DNA of 63,699 nucleotides, the filler included, from Octopus bimaculoides (lineage: Eukaryota): the NCBI RefSeq assembly GCF_001194135.2. It is 8 parts of 8 records of this genome, joined end to end, with 100 filler letters (N's around TTAATTAATTAA, not from the genome) between each part and the next. Parts side by side here need not be neighbours in the genome. Positions count along the whole stretch, not along the records: positions 1 to 9,019 come from NC_068993.1; positions 9,120 to 15,065 come from NC_068999.1; 6 more parts are not named here. One strand, 5' to 3'. The notes beneath the pieces are model-generated. The model was given only the letters and a program-made list of their open reading frames with translations, made no database searches and was not told the origin of the DNA. Of this stretch, positions 1-13,538 are shown one piece after another (the stretch's first letter is position 1; every line of letters begins with the position of its first letter). The position numbers and the translations under genes are program-made.

Positions 1-42
<42 letters not shown>

Positions 43-1454
43 TCACATATGTGAGTGTGTGTGTGTGTGTGTAAAGGTATATGTATAAGAGTATATGTGA
101 AAGCGCATGCCCTTCAAAAGGCAATTGAAGCCGACGATGGTCTCACGAAATAAGCGTTTTCAGCAGTGCCGCTCTCCGAGGAATTTTCTGGTAGTCCTTG
201 CTATCTATAGTGGTTCAATACGATATGCCTTCAGTTATACCAGCAAGAAACATATGCTTGTGTTTAAGTGTGTATGACTCCGTGTATGATCCTGTGCCGA
301 AGTGTCTGTGAATGTGTGTGTACTCGTTACGCAAGTACATATAGATTGCTGTTTGATATACACAATTTTCTGTAATAATTGCTATTATTCAAAGTACGTC
401 AATCTTGTAACATTACATACAACCAAATATTGAACCGAGAGCCATAAAACCGTGATTAACATTGATGTAGTAGTGCAAGAGTTAATATAACAAAATTCAA
501 CTTATCTTTAATGCATTTGTTTTTGGGGATTTTGTTTTTTCTTTGTTTTTTGTTTTTTTTTTCTTTTTGGTTATTCAATAAGTATTTTATCTAATATAAA
601 CTGTAGTTATCATAGTTAATATCACCATAACGATGTTGACTGAATCGACTAATCAATAATTATTTTGCTTTGAAATTTGGAAACCAGCGATTGAAATTAC
701 TGGTCGACATGATTGTTCGCATTGCAACACATTAAATTTCTCTTTCCCTTTATTTTTTTTTTCATTTATATCATGTCTCGTCAACAGGTATTTTGTATAA
801 GAACAGAATCATTCCGCAGCTGGAGATGGTGAACATTTTATATCTATGTACATTTACACGTCAATTTTCGCTCTAACAGTGATGTTATATTAGGTGTTGT
901 AATTTTTCATGGCTGTCGTAAATTGTCTTGTGGGCCATATGTTGTCGTTGCTGTTTAGTCCTAGATCAGGCCTGGCTTCAAGGCTATTATAGAGGCATGC
1001 AGCTATGAACATTCTAGGCGTATTATCGAATTTGTTGGAAATGGTTTGAGAGAAATTTTCCTTCTTTATGTGTTTCCATAGGAACACACCAAGAGCAGTG
1101 AATGCGAGTGCATCTGTGTATGTACATACAGACTGCATACATACACGCGTGCCTATACATCCATGCTGATCCTTGTACAGACACATGCAGATATATAACA
1201 GCATTCGAACAATGTATACATCCAGGCATGTATATGTATTTATATCGATGTGTTTTGTATAAGTGAGCAAGGTAGTATGTTTGTGATTGTATTATTTCTC
1301 CTCCTATCCACGCCCTAAAACAGTTCAGCCTCCAACTGAACAACACAAATTACATCCCATGTCTTGATAGGAAAACTAACTTCAGTAACCAATTTACCAT
1401 TTCACTGCACAAAACTTATTGACCTTAATCATCTTTCAAGTAACAAAAAATATG

Positions 1455-1641
1455 GGTTTCAAATTTTGGCACAAGGCCAGCAATTTCGAGGGAAGGCGCA
1501 AGTCTATTAAATCAACCCCAGTGTTCAACTGATACTGATTTTATCGACCCCAAAATTTCGAAAGAGCGCAGATCGTGAAGACAGAATGAATGCCGCTAAC
1601 ATTGTGCCCGGCGTGCTAACAATTCTACCAGCTTGCCGCCT
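1455..1641 (-). mobile_element. SINE family A copy with internal deletion
   Basis: GGCACAAGGCCAGCAATTT...ATCGACCCC...CCCGGCGTGCTAAC...GCTTGCCGCC. Confidence 0.8.
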
Positions 1642-2326
1642 TTTCCAAGTAGAAAATAATATTGAAATCAAAACAAGCAAAATAATTCTACGTAGCCACC
1701 TTTTAAACTTCGATTCTCCTAACAAGATGCTTTCTCGGTCTCGTTCCAATATCCAAGCCAATATTGTTTTGCTGGTCCAAAATCAAAATACGTCCAGAAT
1801 ATTTGTCTTATAATCAACAAACTTTGTAGTCCAAAGAAATGTGTGGGCGCAAATAAATAAGTACAGGAATAACACTGACAAAACAAACAAACCTAGATGA
1901 AATTCTCGAAACATTAGAGGTGTTAATCCATCTACTATTAATGAACATATCCCAGAGATCTCCAAGCCAAATGTACCGCCGATATATATAAACATTTAGC
2001 TACTTTAAGTAATCACAGCCCTGATATTTTGAGGCATTTAACATACAAATTCGCTGCAATAAATCTTCACTCTGCAAAGGTATTGAATTCTCCATTTCGT
2101 AGACGAAGCAGTGCTTATTACACCCACAAAACCCTTCAATCTGATTTTATGTGTGTGTATGCGTATTATCATTATATTATATCATATTGTAATTTGTGAG
2201 TGTTTAATATATGTGTATGTGTGTGTGCGTGTGTGTGTTATATAAAGGAACCGCAAGATTAAACTTATAACTGTAACACTTTAAGATTTTATAAAATTCT
2301 ATGATATTATATATCTATTATGTGTA

Positions 2327-2376
<50 letters not shown>

Positions 2377-2529
2377 NNNNNNNNNNNNNNNNNNNNNNNN
2401 NNNNNNNNNNNNNNNNNNNNNNNNNNNNNNNNNNNNNNNNNNNNNNNNNNNNNNNNNNNNNNNNNNNNNNNNNNNNNNNNNNNNNNNNNNNNNNNNNNNN
2501 NNNNNNNNNNNNNNNNNNNNNNNNNNNNN

Positions 2530-2598
<69 letters not shown>

Positions 2599-5317
2599 AT
2601 ATACACAGAGAATCAGTGCAAATTAGTTTTTTTAAATGCAGACACCTATATATTTTCTGAAACTAGCTTATGTAATTCCGAAATGATTAATTAATTGAAC
2701 AAATAAATAAATAAATAAACTAATGTAGTCGACCTTTTCTCTCCAAGTTTGATATTTTATCACATTGATTGGTAGAATGCACTTAATAAATATTCCACAC
2801 CCAGAGGAAAACCAAGGAAAAGATGTCATCTTATGTCTATAAATTAAATTTGTTAAACCAACCGAAAAGTGAAATTGAATCTAAAAAGCGTGATTTGAAA
2901 TAAGTGTTATATTTGACGGCTCGGTTAACTTAATTAGGAAATAATTTAAATGTTTAATTATAAATACCTAACCATCCTTTCTTTCATGCTTTTTTTATGA
3001 TTTTAAACATTTGTGTGAAACATCATAAGTTTAATCGTCCTCATATTGTAAGTCATTTATATTTATATTTATTTGTAAGTAGTTAATACATACGACAACC
3101 AGTGTATATATTCTGATTCTATTATCTCGTAAAAAGTATTATTGTGAAAATTTCGGGCGCCAAGACTAAGCTTAATTAGTAAGTTACTTATAAACTACGT
3201 TTGCTTTGTAGTTAATAAAAAAACTAACATTAGTTTGTAGTTAACTAATCTTAGCTTGTGAATATTTGTAAGACTTGGCTTCTAGTTGCATGTGAGAATA
3301 ATATACTAAATACATCAATACCACCGGATAACCTTGTATCCGTCTAGCGTGCTTGGCTCATAAAAGTTATAATAAAGATATGCAGCCAAGAAAGGAGAGT
3401 TTAAAAAAATGAAGTTTCCAAGTGATCGATCCACCTGAAATAACGGGAAAATCTTAACATAGTATCTGCCTAGTGTGCTTGGGAGACAAAACTTACGGTA
3501 AAGATATGCACCCTTTTTGTCGTTTGTTCACAAAACATTGCTATGGGTGTAGAGTTACGATCTTCTTAGCATACCTAATTTTATTACGTACCACAGATAT
3601 GAAGACCAACAACCCATCCAATGGGATTTGAACGCAGAATGTGTGATAATGTGACAAATCATTTTTGCCCCCTATGCACAATTTAATTCAGAGATACGTG
3701 GAAAAAATTATGACAATTACTTTTCATTCCCTGTTGAATCTGTCAATAAAAAGTTGGTGAACTATTGTGAGTTATAAGATATTGATATGGAATGTCTTCT
3801 TCCATGTGAAAATATATTGCGAAACTATATTTTTTCTTATTTTCCTATAGTTAAGTTTGATAAGTTATTTGGGGTTTTTTTTTTTCATCAATCAAATAAA
3901 ATAAAGTGAGGTTATTTATCTCAAAATCTATCTGAAGTGATATAACCAGTCTGCAAATACAGAAAAAAAAATGACAGTTCTTGCTTTAATTCTTTTGTGT
4001 ACACGTCGTGTCATTGCGTTAGTTTATCAGTATTCGGGAGATTGTTAATCTTCAGACGTTAGAGATGTGTGCATATTAAATCTATTCTAAAGTCTCGATA
4101 AGCTTTATGCATACTTTTATACAAACGCCAATACATCAGCATATGTATGTGTGTACCTATGCATGTGTGTGTATGTGTGTGTGCGTGCGAATGTATTTGC
4201 GTGTGTGTATGTATATATAACATCTGTATATTTGTGGTTGTGTATGTGTATATTTATATTTTTACAAATATGCACCATCAATACACAGACTAAAAATGTA
4301 TATAATTTCTATAGAAAAATACGATTTATCTTAGATGCACAAATGTTGTCATGTTTATTTGCCACTTCTTAAACTATAAAAGGTATTAAAATAATGCTTC
4401 AAAATCAATATGAAAAATAATCGTTTCTTTATATTTGCTTTATTTGATGTATGGAAAATGTATTTTCTGATCATAATAAATGTACTTTTCAAAAACCTGT
4501 TGGAAACAATAGAAATTCGATAACAAATCTTCTTATAAAGTTGGTAACAACTAAGAACCATTATCTTTTCGATGCTTCCTAATATTGATTTCTTATAAAA
4601 GACACACATTTATAAGGTAAACAAGGTTATGTTACACCCATGTGTTTAGACGTAGTATTCCTGCTACAAATAGATTTGAATTATTATTTAGTCACACTCA
4701 GATAGCGTGATTGAGCAAACATTGAAGAGCGCGAAGGAAGATTTAGCTGTTATTTCAGATGGATCAATCAATTGCAAACTTAGTTTTCCTTTGACTTCAT
4801 AAAATGAACTATTCTTTCTTGAGTTCATCTCTTTACCATACGTTTTATGATCCAAGCACGCTAGATAGATACATGGTTAACCAGTGCCATGGATGTATTT
4901 AGTATATTAGTCCTACAGGTAACTAAAGGTCAAATTTAGTCCTAGAAGTATTCAAAAGCAAAGTGAATACTATAGTCCTATAGTTAACTACAAACTAAGA
5001 TTAGTCATACTTAACTATAAACTGAACGTAGTCTATAAGTAACTTACCTGATGCTCAAAATTTTGCCCAAAATTTGGATAAAGAATATTGACTCTCCATA
5101 CATCCGTATACTCCGATAAACATCAGTATAAGACATTAATATTTTATTGCAGAGGAAACACATAGATTATGGAGATATTAAAGCGAATTGATTTAAGAAA
5201 ATTGGAATAAATTTTTATTCAACTAACTAATAGATAAATATGTTAGAAATGTTCAGCCATATTTTATCTCTTTAGTAAAATCGACTATAAATATATGTAT
5301 GTATGTATGTCTGTATG

Positions 5318-5351
<34 letters not shown>

Positions 5352-6395
5352 TGTATGTATGCGTGTATGTATGTGTAAAAGAGAGGAAAGGAGACTGAGA
5401 AAGACACAGGGAGATGTATATGCCGATATTATATACGTATTATATAAGTTGTAGAGCACAATATTTCAGCACAAGACATGTAAGTAGCTCAAAATAACAG
5501 CTCACTTTTAAATATTTTTGCTTTTTTTTTTTCAATATTTACAAAGTAGTTTCTGTCTTTTGCAAAGGTCAAATAACCAAATCTTCGTCAGAAGACGATC
5601 ATAACGAAACTACATTGTATCTCTTCCAACAATCAACGGATATCGATAAGCAAGTGAGAGCCAGACGCCAATGTTCTAGATGTGAGAATGAATGTATTGT
5701 TTTACGTTGGCAACGCCAAGATTTCTTGCATTCTGGCATGGTGTTACAGCCTCGTCTGTTCCGTTAGATTTTCTTATTGAATTACTTCAGCAGAACAAAA
5801 CGAAAAACATTTTTACCTTTGAAAGTTGATTATGAAGCCAAAACCTGGAGAAAGAATCATCTAAACTATATTTTTCCCGTCAGTAGCATTATAACAGATA
5901 GTATCAAGTCTATGAATACAAAAACAAGGTTTTTTTTCTTTCTAATTCGTCTTTCGTAATGCCAATTTAATTTCAGCTTTCATTAGGTTTTGTATATTTA
6001 TGAAATAGACGGTAGGGAGATGCAGAGATATTTTTAAGCCACACAGAACTATTATCTAAGTATCTTACATACGTGGGGGTGCATGGGATTCTGTGTGCGT
6101 GAGAGAGAGAAATAGANNNNNNNNNNNNNNNNNNNNNNNNNNNNNNNNNNNNNNNNNNNNNNNNNNNNNNNNNNNNNNNNNNNNNNNNNNNNNNNNNNNN
6201 NNNNNNNNNNNNNNNNNNNNNNNNNNNNNNNNNNNNNNNNNNNNNNNNNNNNNNNNNNNNNNNNNNNNNNNNNNNNNNNNNNNNNNNNNNNNNNNNNNNN
6301 NNNNNAGTTTTATTTATGGTATACCAGGATATGTCAGAACAACTGTATCGTTCAATCGACCTTGTGGTTGACTGTACATATCAATGAATTTAGGA

Positions 6396-6454
<59 letters not shown>

Positions 6455-6965
6455 TGAATTATACACAGATACATGTGTATCTATTTGTATGTCTACCCAA
6501 GAGTGTTTCAGAAAATTAGAATGCAAAACGGAAATTGGATATTTGTCGTCAGTTAACTGAGAACGTCGAAATTTCAACCATTGTTTAACTCACTAAATCT
6601 AAACTGTTTCGTTATCCCCACTGTTTCGTTGACAAAATCTAATATTTATGTTTTCTAGGCAACGATCATTAAAATACCGTTATCTTAAAATAATAGAATG
6701 TTATACCCGAACAACTATAACATGTCGTTGTAATAGATGAAGTAGATCGTAGTTTTAAAGTTAAGTACGGATTATCTAACGGTAGTTGTTTGTATTCAGT
6801 GCTTGCTTAACTAAGTTGTGACGTTGTTTATGGAAGAGTGGCATCGATAATTGTTTCTTCATAAGACTAGCGCAAGTGTGTTTCTCTGTGCGTGTTTTTG
6901 TCTGTTTGTCTATGTGTGTGTGTGTATGTGTCAGTCATTTCTAAGTCAAGATGAGCTTGTCGCCT

Positions 6966-7053
6966 TTAGAGGACGCTTTCTGCTTTCATGGTGTATGCTT
7001 GTGGAATAAGTGCAAATTTGAAGTCTAATATCTCGGTTGTATCTGGGTGATGC
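6966..7053 (-). CDS. Candidate terminal exon HHPDTTEILDFKFALIPQAYTMKAESVL* (or ASPRYNRD...SSS* to 6946)
   Basis: Strong acceptor TTTTTCTCTAATCTCTCTTCAACAG|G. Two frames are open for 28 and 35 codons. Confidence 0.33.
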
Positions 7054-8020
7054 CTGTTGAAGAGAGATTAGAGAAAAATCTGAGTAAAAGTGGATGTTAT
7101 TGAACGTAACGCTAAAAAGATCATCGATGAATTGAATGAATTTAATGCTAGATAGCCGTAGTTAACCGTTGAATTACAAATTGCTCAAGGTTTATATCTT
7201 TCATGGTATTTCTCCTCGTTAATTTCGTTGACTTGAACGTAAAACAGCTGAATTCTGCATGCTTATATATGGCAGACAATTTCGGGACGTTCCTATTCTA
7301 CGCAAAACGATGAACACTTTTCTTTCTTCTTTACTACTTTCTCATATTCCCACGTATTACTTCCTAGACATTTTGTTCAACCCTTCTCATTCAGAACTCA
7401 GCAATCAACTGCGAGTCGTTCATTTATTCTAATCTTTCCATAACTTATCCATATATCTTTCGACCTCACAAATTTCAGAAATTCTACAAAATTTAATGGT
7501 ATTAATAATCTTTTTCTGGTTAAACGAAAACAGTAATTATGTAACTGGCACATGATCAAAATTCTCTTTAATAAGCTTCAATTTGTGAAAATAAGACTAG
7601 TTAACACTTCACTTTATTCTTCAGCTAGATCTACAGTTGAATTATCAATCATAAACTCGATTTATTTTCCTCATGAAGATTTTAATTAAAATCATTAGAT
7701 CTATCCTCACTTGGTATAATCCATTACAAATCCAATATATATGGAAGTGAAAGTCTGTTGCCGATACTTCTGTTGCTAATTTCAAAAGATTTTTTTCTAG
7801 TTAGCTAAATATCACTAAGTACGCGCATTAACTTGTAGAAAAATATTTATCTTTGACTTTATATACAATTAGATTTTTGTGTTTAATAGCTATGTATTAA
7901 CCAAATGAAAATGACAGCTTTCTGAACTTTTTAAGTTCTCACACTTACATGTAATAAGTTTTCAGTAGAAATTCGAAGTACACACATTAATACATATATA
8001 CTTACAAGCAATATCGACGC

Positions 8021-8078
8021 CACAGCATCGACCCCACAGCATCGACCCCATAGCATCGACCCCATAGCATCAACCCCA
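8021..8078 (+). repeat. 14-bp minisatellite (YAGCATCGACCCCA) x4
   Basis: Directly visible at the junction with a SINE A copy. Confidence 0.9.
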
Positions 8079-8218
8079 GTGCTCAGCTTTAACTTATTTT
8101 ATCTACTCCGAAATGATGAAAGGCAAATTCGACCTATGCGAAATTTGAACACAGAATGTAAAGACGGGCGAAAACCTGCTAAGCATTTTGCCCGGCATTG
8201 TAATGATTCTGCTAGCCC
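8072..8218 (-). mobile_element. SINE family A partial copy
   Basis: GAAAGGCAAATTCGACC...ATTTGAAC...AAGCATTTTGCCCGGC. Confidence 0.75.
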
Positions 8219-9019
8219 TAAGTATTATAAATATTATTGGTAGTTCTTTATTGGGAGTTCTTCAAGTCTTGCATTGACTAAAAAAACACAATAATAAAAC
8301 CAACCCAGTCATGATCATCAACAGGAGTTCTAGAAAAATTAATGTAATTTTTCTATTACTTTAATATAACGTTTTCCACAATTTCAAAACAATTTTCCTT
8401 ACAAGTGGAGGAGTTTCTTTTCACTGTTTATTCTGAGAATTAAGCAGTGTCCATGGTTGAGGAGGTTTTTCATTCGGTGGCACTAAAACTGAATGGAGGA
8501 ATGAAGGACGTTAACTTCAAACCAGAGACTAAACCGAATACTTGCAACGCACTGAGGTCTAATAGAGTAAGTCAAGGCCCAAGGAGCTGAATTAAATAGA
8601 ACGGTGAATTGGGGTTGATATGCACAAAGCCAGACATAGGGCACACATACTATAAAATATCACGTCTGAGGTTCTGCGAATTCTACCACATCCACAGACA
8701 TGCTTGGTACATACATTATTGCATTAGCTCCTGAAATATGAAAATTGAATTTAGCCTCGGTGGGAAATTAATTCAGTAACAATGCGCCACATATTCATCG
8801 ATTCAATTTTCAAAAGCGGAACACTTGGAATGGCGAATCTATTGCGTGTGATATAAATAATTTTCTTCAATTTACATTTGAAAATTCTGGAACAAATATT
8901 GATGGCATTATCTCCAAAGATTCAATAATTCCAATCGTTTTATTCAAAATCGCAATATATCAGTCTCTATCAGTCTCTGTGTACATCTATCTATCTATCT
9001 ATCTATATATATATATATA

Positions 9020-9119
9020 NNNNNNNNNNNNNNNNNNNNNNNNNNNNNNNNNNNNNNNNNNNNTTAATTAATTAANNNNNNNNNNNNNNNNNNNNNNNNN
9101 NNNNNNNNNNNNNNNNNNN
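9020..9119. other. Assembly spacer N44-TTAATTAATTAA-N44 (linkers at 9064, 15110, 20695, 24640, 53591, 57517, 62299)
   Basis: The same 100-nt structure occurs seven times. The 12-mer puts stop codons in all six frames, so it is an artificial scaffold linker. Confidence 0.97.
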
Positions 9120-9178
9120 ATTTATTTATTTATTTATTTTTCTTTGTTCTCTTGAAAAATTAAAAACACTGATGATGA

Positions 9179-9179
9179 C

Positions 9180-9273
<94 letters not shown>
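9179..9273 (+). repeat. (AAT)n microsatellite; others at about 15402, 20912, 24326, 29160, 41752, 45177 and 56610
   Basis: Directly visible. Confidence 0.95.
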
Positions 9274-9275
<2 letters not shown>

Positions 9276-10200
9276 CATTGAAAATGAAAAGAGAAAGAAA
9301 TGTATGATATTCTAGAAAAATTGAAGTAACAACAATAAAAAAAACAACAAAAAAATTGTCTTAAAATTTGTATTTTCTGTTTCTGCATATTGAAATGTTA
9401 AATCTTTCTCGTCTGGTTACCTAAAGGATGAAAGTTCGCATCCTACTCCATTCAAGCAAAATCATATTATATGTTTTCTGTCAAACAATCGATGACTTCT
9501 TGCAGCACATCAATGTAGCCGTTGTTGTTGTTGTTATTGCTATTTAGCCTCAGGTCAACATATATATATACATATATGTATGTAAGTATGTATGTATGTA
9601 CTATGTATGTATGTATGTATGTATGTATGCGTGTATATACGTGTGTGTATATATATGCGTGCGTATATATGTATGCGTGTATATGTTTGTGTGTGTGTAT
9701 ATATATATGTACACANNNNNNNNNNNNNNNNNNNNNATATATATATGTATATATCTATATCTATATCTATATCTATCTATCTATCTATCCATCTATATAT
9801 ATATATATATACATATATACTTGGTTTTGCATACATATGCACATACAAAATCCACCACCACTACTACCACTACCAGGAACAGCCACAACAACAACAACAA
9901 CAATAACAACAACAACAGCAACAACAATTACAATCCAAATGCTGGTCAAGATGTGACCAAATTGTCAATTATTTTGCCACAGGAAGAGGAACCAAAACGA
10001 ACCGGACTTATTATTTTGTATGAAAAAAAATATATATATATATATAAGTTGTCTCCCTTGCATCAGTTCGCCAGCATACAGTTCAATTTCTTTTTTTTTT
10101 TTTTTCGTTTGCTTGTGATAGTTGTCCTGATAAGATCAGGAGGCAAAATTTGCCAAATGACAAGAGAATGTCTTGGAAAAGGAACAAAAGAAACACTTAC

Positions 10201-10317
10201 TGGACAGCATCGGCGTTGGCTGTGTGGTAAGAAGTCTCTGCTGTGCCAAACAACCTTAGAGACCGACGAGGTTTGGATGTGGATGTGGTCAATGAAAATA
10301 TTTGAAGAAATTTTTGT
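10201..10317 (-). CDS. Candidate 117-nt phase 2-2 exon inside the putative LINE remnant
   Basis: Acceptor TTCATCTTACATCTCAG and donor CA|GTAAGT. The open frame is QKFLQIFSLTTSTSKPRRSLRLFGTAETSYHTANADAV. Confidence 0.27.
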
Positions 10318-11155
10318 CTGAGATGTAAGATGAATCCACATCGCATCGGGAAACATACCGAAGGTCAGCTCTGTCCAATTCGCTACNNNNNNNNNNNNNN
10401 NNNNNNNNNNNNNNNNNNNNNNNNNNNNNNNNNNNNNNNNNNNNNNNNNNNNNNNNNNNNNNNNNNNNNNNNNNNNNNNNNNNNNNNNNNNNNNNNNNNN
10501 NNNNNNNNNNNNNNNNNNNNNNNNNNNNNNNNNNNNNNNNNNNNNNNNNNNNNNNNNNNNNNNNNNNNNNNNNNNNNNNNNNNNNNNNNNNNNNNNNNNN
10601 NNNNNNNNNNNNNNNNNNNNNNNNNNNNNNNNNNNNNNNNNNNNNNNNNNNNNNNNNNNNNNNNNNNNNNNNNNNNNNNNNNNNNNNNNNNNNNNNNNNN
10701 NNNNNNNNNNNNNNNNNNNNNNNNNNNNNNNNNNNNNNNNNNNNNNNNNNNNNNNNNNNNNNNNNNNNNNNNNNNNNNNNNNNNNNNNNNNNNNNNNNNN
10801 NNNNNNNNNNNNNNNNNNNNNNNNNNNNNNNNNNNNNNNNNNNNNNNNNNNNNNNNNNNNNNNNNNNNNNNNNNNNNNNNNNNNNNNNNNNNNATATACG
10901 CACAAACACACACGAATACACACACACACGGTTGATGTTCTTTCTCGTCTTTGACAAGTGGACGGTGGTTGCAGGAAAGAAAAGGTCAGTGATGGAGTCC
11001 AGTGAGCTGAAGAGGGACGCAACACAGGATGCGGAAGGCAAGGACTGTTAGATCGCCAACAGATATCATCGATGATGTGGTCCGGCCTTTGTAGCGACTT
11101 TGCGGTTTTTAGCTTATGTGCGTGCGTGATGGTGGTTGACGCGGCCTCTGAATCT

Positions 11156-11445
11156 GGGGAGAGGGAGAGAGGGAGAGGAAGAGAAAAAGAGAGAGAGGGG
11201 GAGAGACAGAGACAGGGTAAGGCAGACAAAGAAATATGCAAAGAGAAGGACAGAGAGGGTAAGGTAAGTATATATAGAGAAAGATAGAAAGAAGCAGGGT
11301 AAGTGAGAGAGAAAGAAAGAGGAAGACAAAGAGAGAGGGAGAGAAAGAGAGGGAGGGAGAGAAAGAGAAAGAGAGAAAGAGAGGGAGAGAGAAACAGAGG
11401 CAGATAGAAAGATAGATTGAACCGACAAAATGAAAGACAAAGAAA
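11156..11445 (+). repeat. GA-rich polypurine tract
   Basis: About 290 nt of almost only A and G. Confidence 0.9.
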
Positions 11446-11843
11446 GATGTTTTGAAAACAACTTGCACATGCAAGCGCCACCAGCGGAAAGCTCTGCATA
11501 CCGGAAACCAGCAAGTGTATGGGGTGATCAGGAGAGAACGTGGGCCGTTTCGGGGCCTACCTCTCGACGGCATCGTTGCGTGCCCCTCCCCCCTCACTGA
11601 TATGAGGCCCCGCTTGCTAGACCGACTGGTTATCAAATAAAGCTCAATATTCTCCTAGACATCGTTCATCATCTCTTTTTAACCAGATCTTCTTTGCTAC
11701 AACATTTCGTATGGAGACAACAGATATAAATAAACAATGAGATCGAAGACAAAAATGGGTAATGAGTATATATGCCATATTTTGGGGAGTTTTGCCCCTT
11801 CATCAACACCCACCTATCACCCTTTCAGTAACTTAACATCGCT

Positions 11844-12053
11844 GGGCGAGATGGCAGAAACGTTTGCATGCCGGGCGAAATACTTAGCGGTATTTCGTCT
11901 GTCTTCACATTCAAATTCCGCCGAGGTCGACTTTGCTTTACGTCCTTTCAGGGTCGATAAATTAAGTACCAGTTGCGTGATGGGTTCGATCTAATCGACT
12001 CGCTCGTCCCCTCCCCAAACATTTCGGGCCTTGTGTCTCGAGTAGAAAAGAAT
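11844..12053 (+). mobile_element. SINE family A copy
   Basis: Aligns by eye to 61877-62098 over its length. Confidence 0.85.
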
Positions 12054-12302
12054 AACTCAACACCGCTGTATACGGTGGCTATATAAGCAATGGGTTCGGA
12101 GACGAGAACAGATTAGATGGGTGCTGATGATGCTGAACCTGGAGCCGTGTGGTTGGGAAGCTTCTAACCGCACAGCCACGCCTACAGATTGATAGAAGGA
12201 CACAGGGAGAAAAAGAGAGAGGCTGACAGACAATGAGGGGCCGACAGGTAAGCAAGCCACCGAGAGACACACACATAGAAAAACAGAGATGGAGAGTGAT
12301 AT

Positions 12303-12369
<67 letters not shown>

Positions 12370-13331
12370 GAAAGAGAGATAGGAGGACACAGAGAGAAAA
12401 AGTGAGAGAATAAGAGAGAGAAAGGTAAGATGAGATAGAGAAAAATGAGAGATGAAATTATATGAGACAACATTACTCAGCCAATCTTTAATTGACCTTT
12501 TAAACAAAAGATCGGAACTTCAAAGTAATGAAATATAAAAACGTAAGCGGAAATTATTTTAAAATATGCAATCGTTCTCACACACAAAAAAAAAACAAAA
12601 AAAAAACGAAAAGAGAATATGGCGCCGATAAGTGAAGGCACTTGGTTCAGTGGTTAAGGTGTGTGTGGGTGTCTGTTTGTCTATCTGTGTCCGATTATCC
12701 AAATTCCTGTGTAATGCAACAATGATTTCAAATTTTGTACAGGACCAGCAACTACGTATTTCGCCGGGCGTGATAACAATTTGTCTGCTCGCCCCCTTCT
12801 GTTGAGAAAATGTTTTCAAGTGTACAAATTAGAAGGGGAATCTCTCTAGTGAACAACTCCTCGTATCGAATTCTTTTGTCGGTTATTCTGGCGAAAGAAA
12901 GGTAGCTAAGTAAATTATCTTCCTTTTATGAATAGCTTAAAATTGTATGGCAAAGTCTTGGATCCGTTGGTTTCTTTGGTGCAAAGCATGGGCGTATTTA
13001 GTTGTGACATTGGGTATGGAGAAAATAAAGAGGAAGGGTGGAATGGATCTACTTGGTGGTAATAATATGAAATTAGAATGGCAGAAATGAAGAGAGTGCT
13101 CAATAAAGAAAAATTCCCTAGAATCATAAAGATTTTAAAATCTAGATTGGTTGCGGAAAATATCATGCTAGTAATTCGCTTGAGGTTAGAATAAGGCAGG
13201 AAGAAGGAATAGCTGAGCGGAGAAGAAAATGAGTCGAAGAATATCGATTAGATGAGGACAGTGTTTACAATGTATGGAAACATGTATCGCCACGGGATGT
13301 AGCTCATTTAAAGTGGAAAAGAAGAGGAGGA

Positions 13332-13538
13332 TAAACACCTCACATTGTTCCAGTCCACTCACCTGGCAAAAATGAGTTGTCCCTGTTATTGAAAGGAACA
13401 GCCTTGTCACATTCTGTTTTGTCATTCTGAATCTCCCTGGTAACTAAGTTAAGTGTACGTGTGTGTGTGGAGGACTCAACCACTTACACGTTAATTTCAC
13501 GAGCAGGCTGTTTCGCTGATCGGATCAACTGGAACACA
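13332..13538 (+). mobile_element. SINE related to families D/E, 5'-truncated
   Basis: CCAGTCCACTCA.CTGGCAAAAATGAG core, then CAGCCTTGTCACA..CACGTTAATTTCACGAGCAGGCTG shared with 55245-55430. Confidence 0.7.

Larger units (their letters stand above)
10120..11700 (-). mobile_element. Ancient CR1/L2/Jockey-like LINE ORF2 remnant (APE endonuclease plus linker), interrupted by a GA tract, (CA)n and a gap
   Basis: Collinear faint motifs: KIWLK...GEY*ALF...EGGG (ETWL..GY..R..GGG), RPTFSPDHPIHLLVS (PT...LDL.L), SLDSITDLFFPATT (L..ILD..AP), DKNFFKYF and KCFFCSF (K.FFKY; LN.FF.SVF). GC content is higher than the background. Confidence 0.4.

Noticed and set aside
890-1110. Minus ORF with a TM-like start and an L1-like RMFIAA; plus-strand frame IRPGFKAIIEAC...
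   Set aside because: Splice sites are weak, both strands are equally plausible, and the L1 similarity is only a few residues.
9064-9075. Recurrent TTAATTAATTAA as a biological motif or CRISPR-like repeat
   Set aside because: It is always centred in N44 flanks, so it is a scaffolding linker.
10930-11153. 224-nt open frame between a strong polypyrimidine acceptor and a GT
   Set aside because: The donor is just the start of a (GT)n repeat, the acceptor is supplied by a microsatellite, and the interior resembles an L2/CR1 linker.
10063-11514. 483-aa minus-strand ORF
   Set aside because: It spans a 507-N gap of estimated length, a (CA)n tract and a CT-rich tract, so its continuity is artificial.
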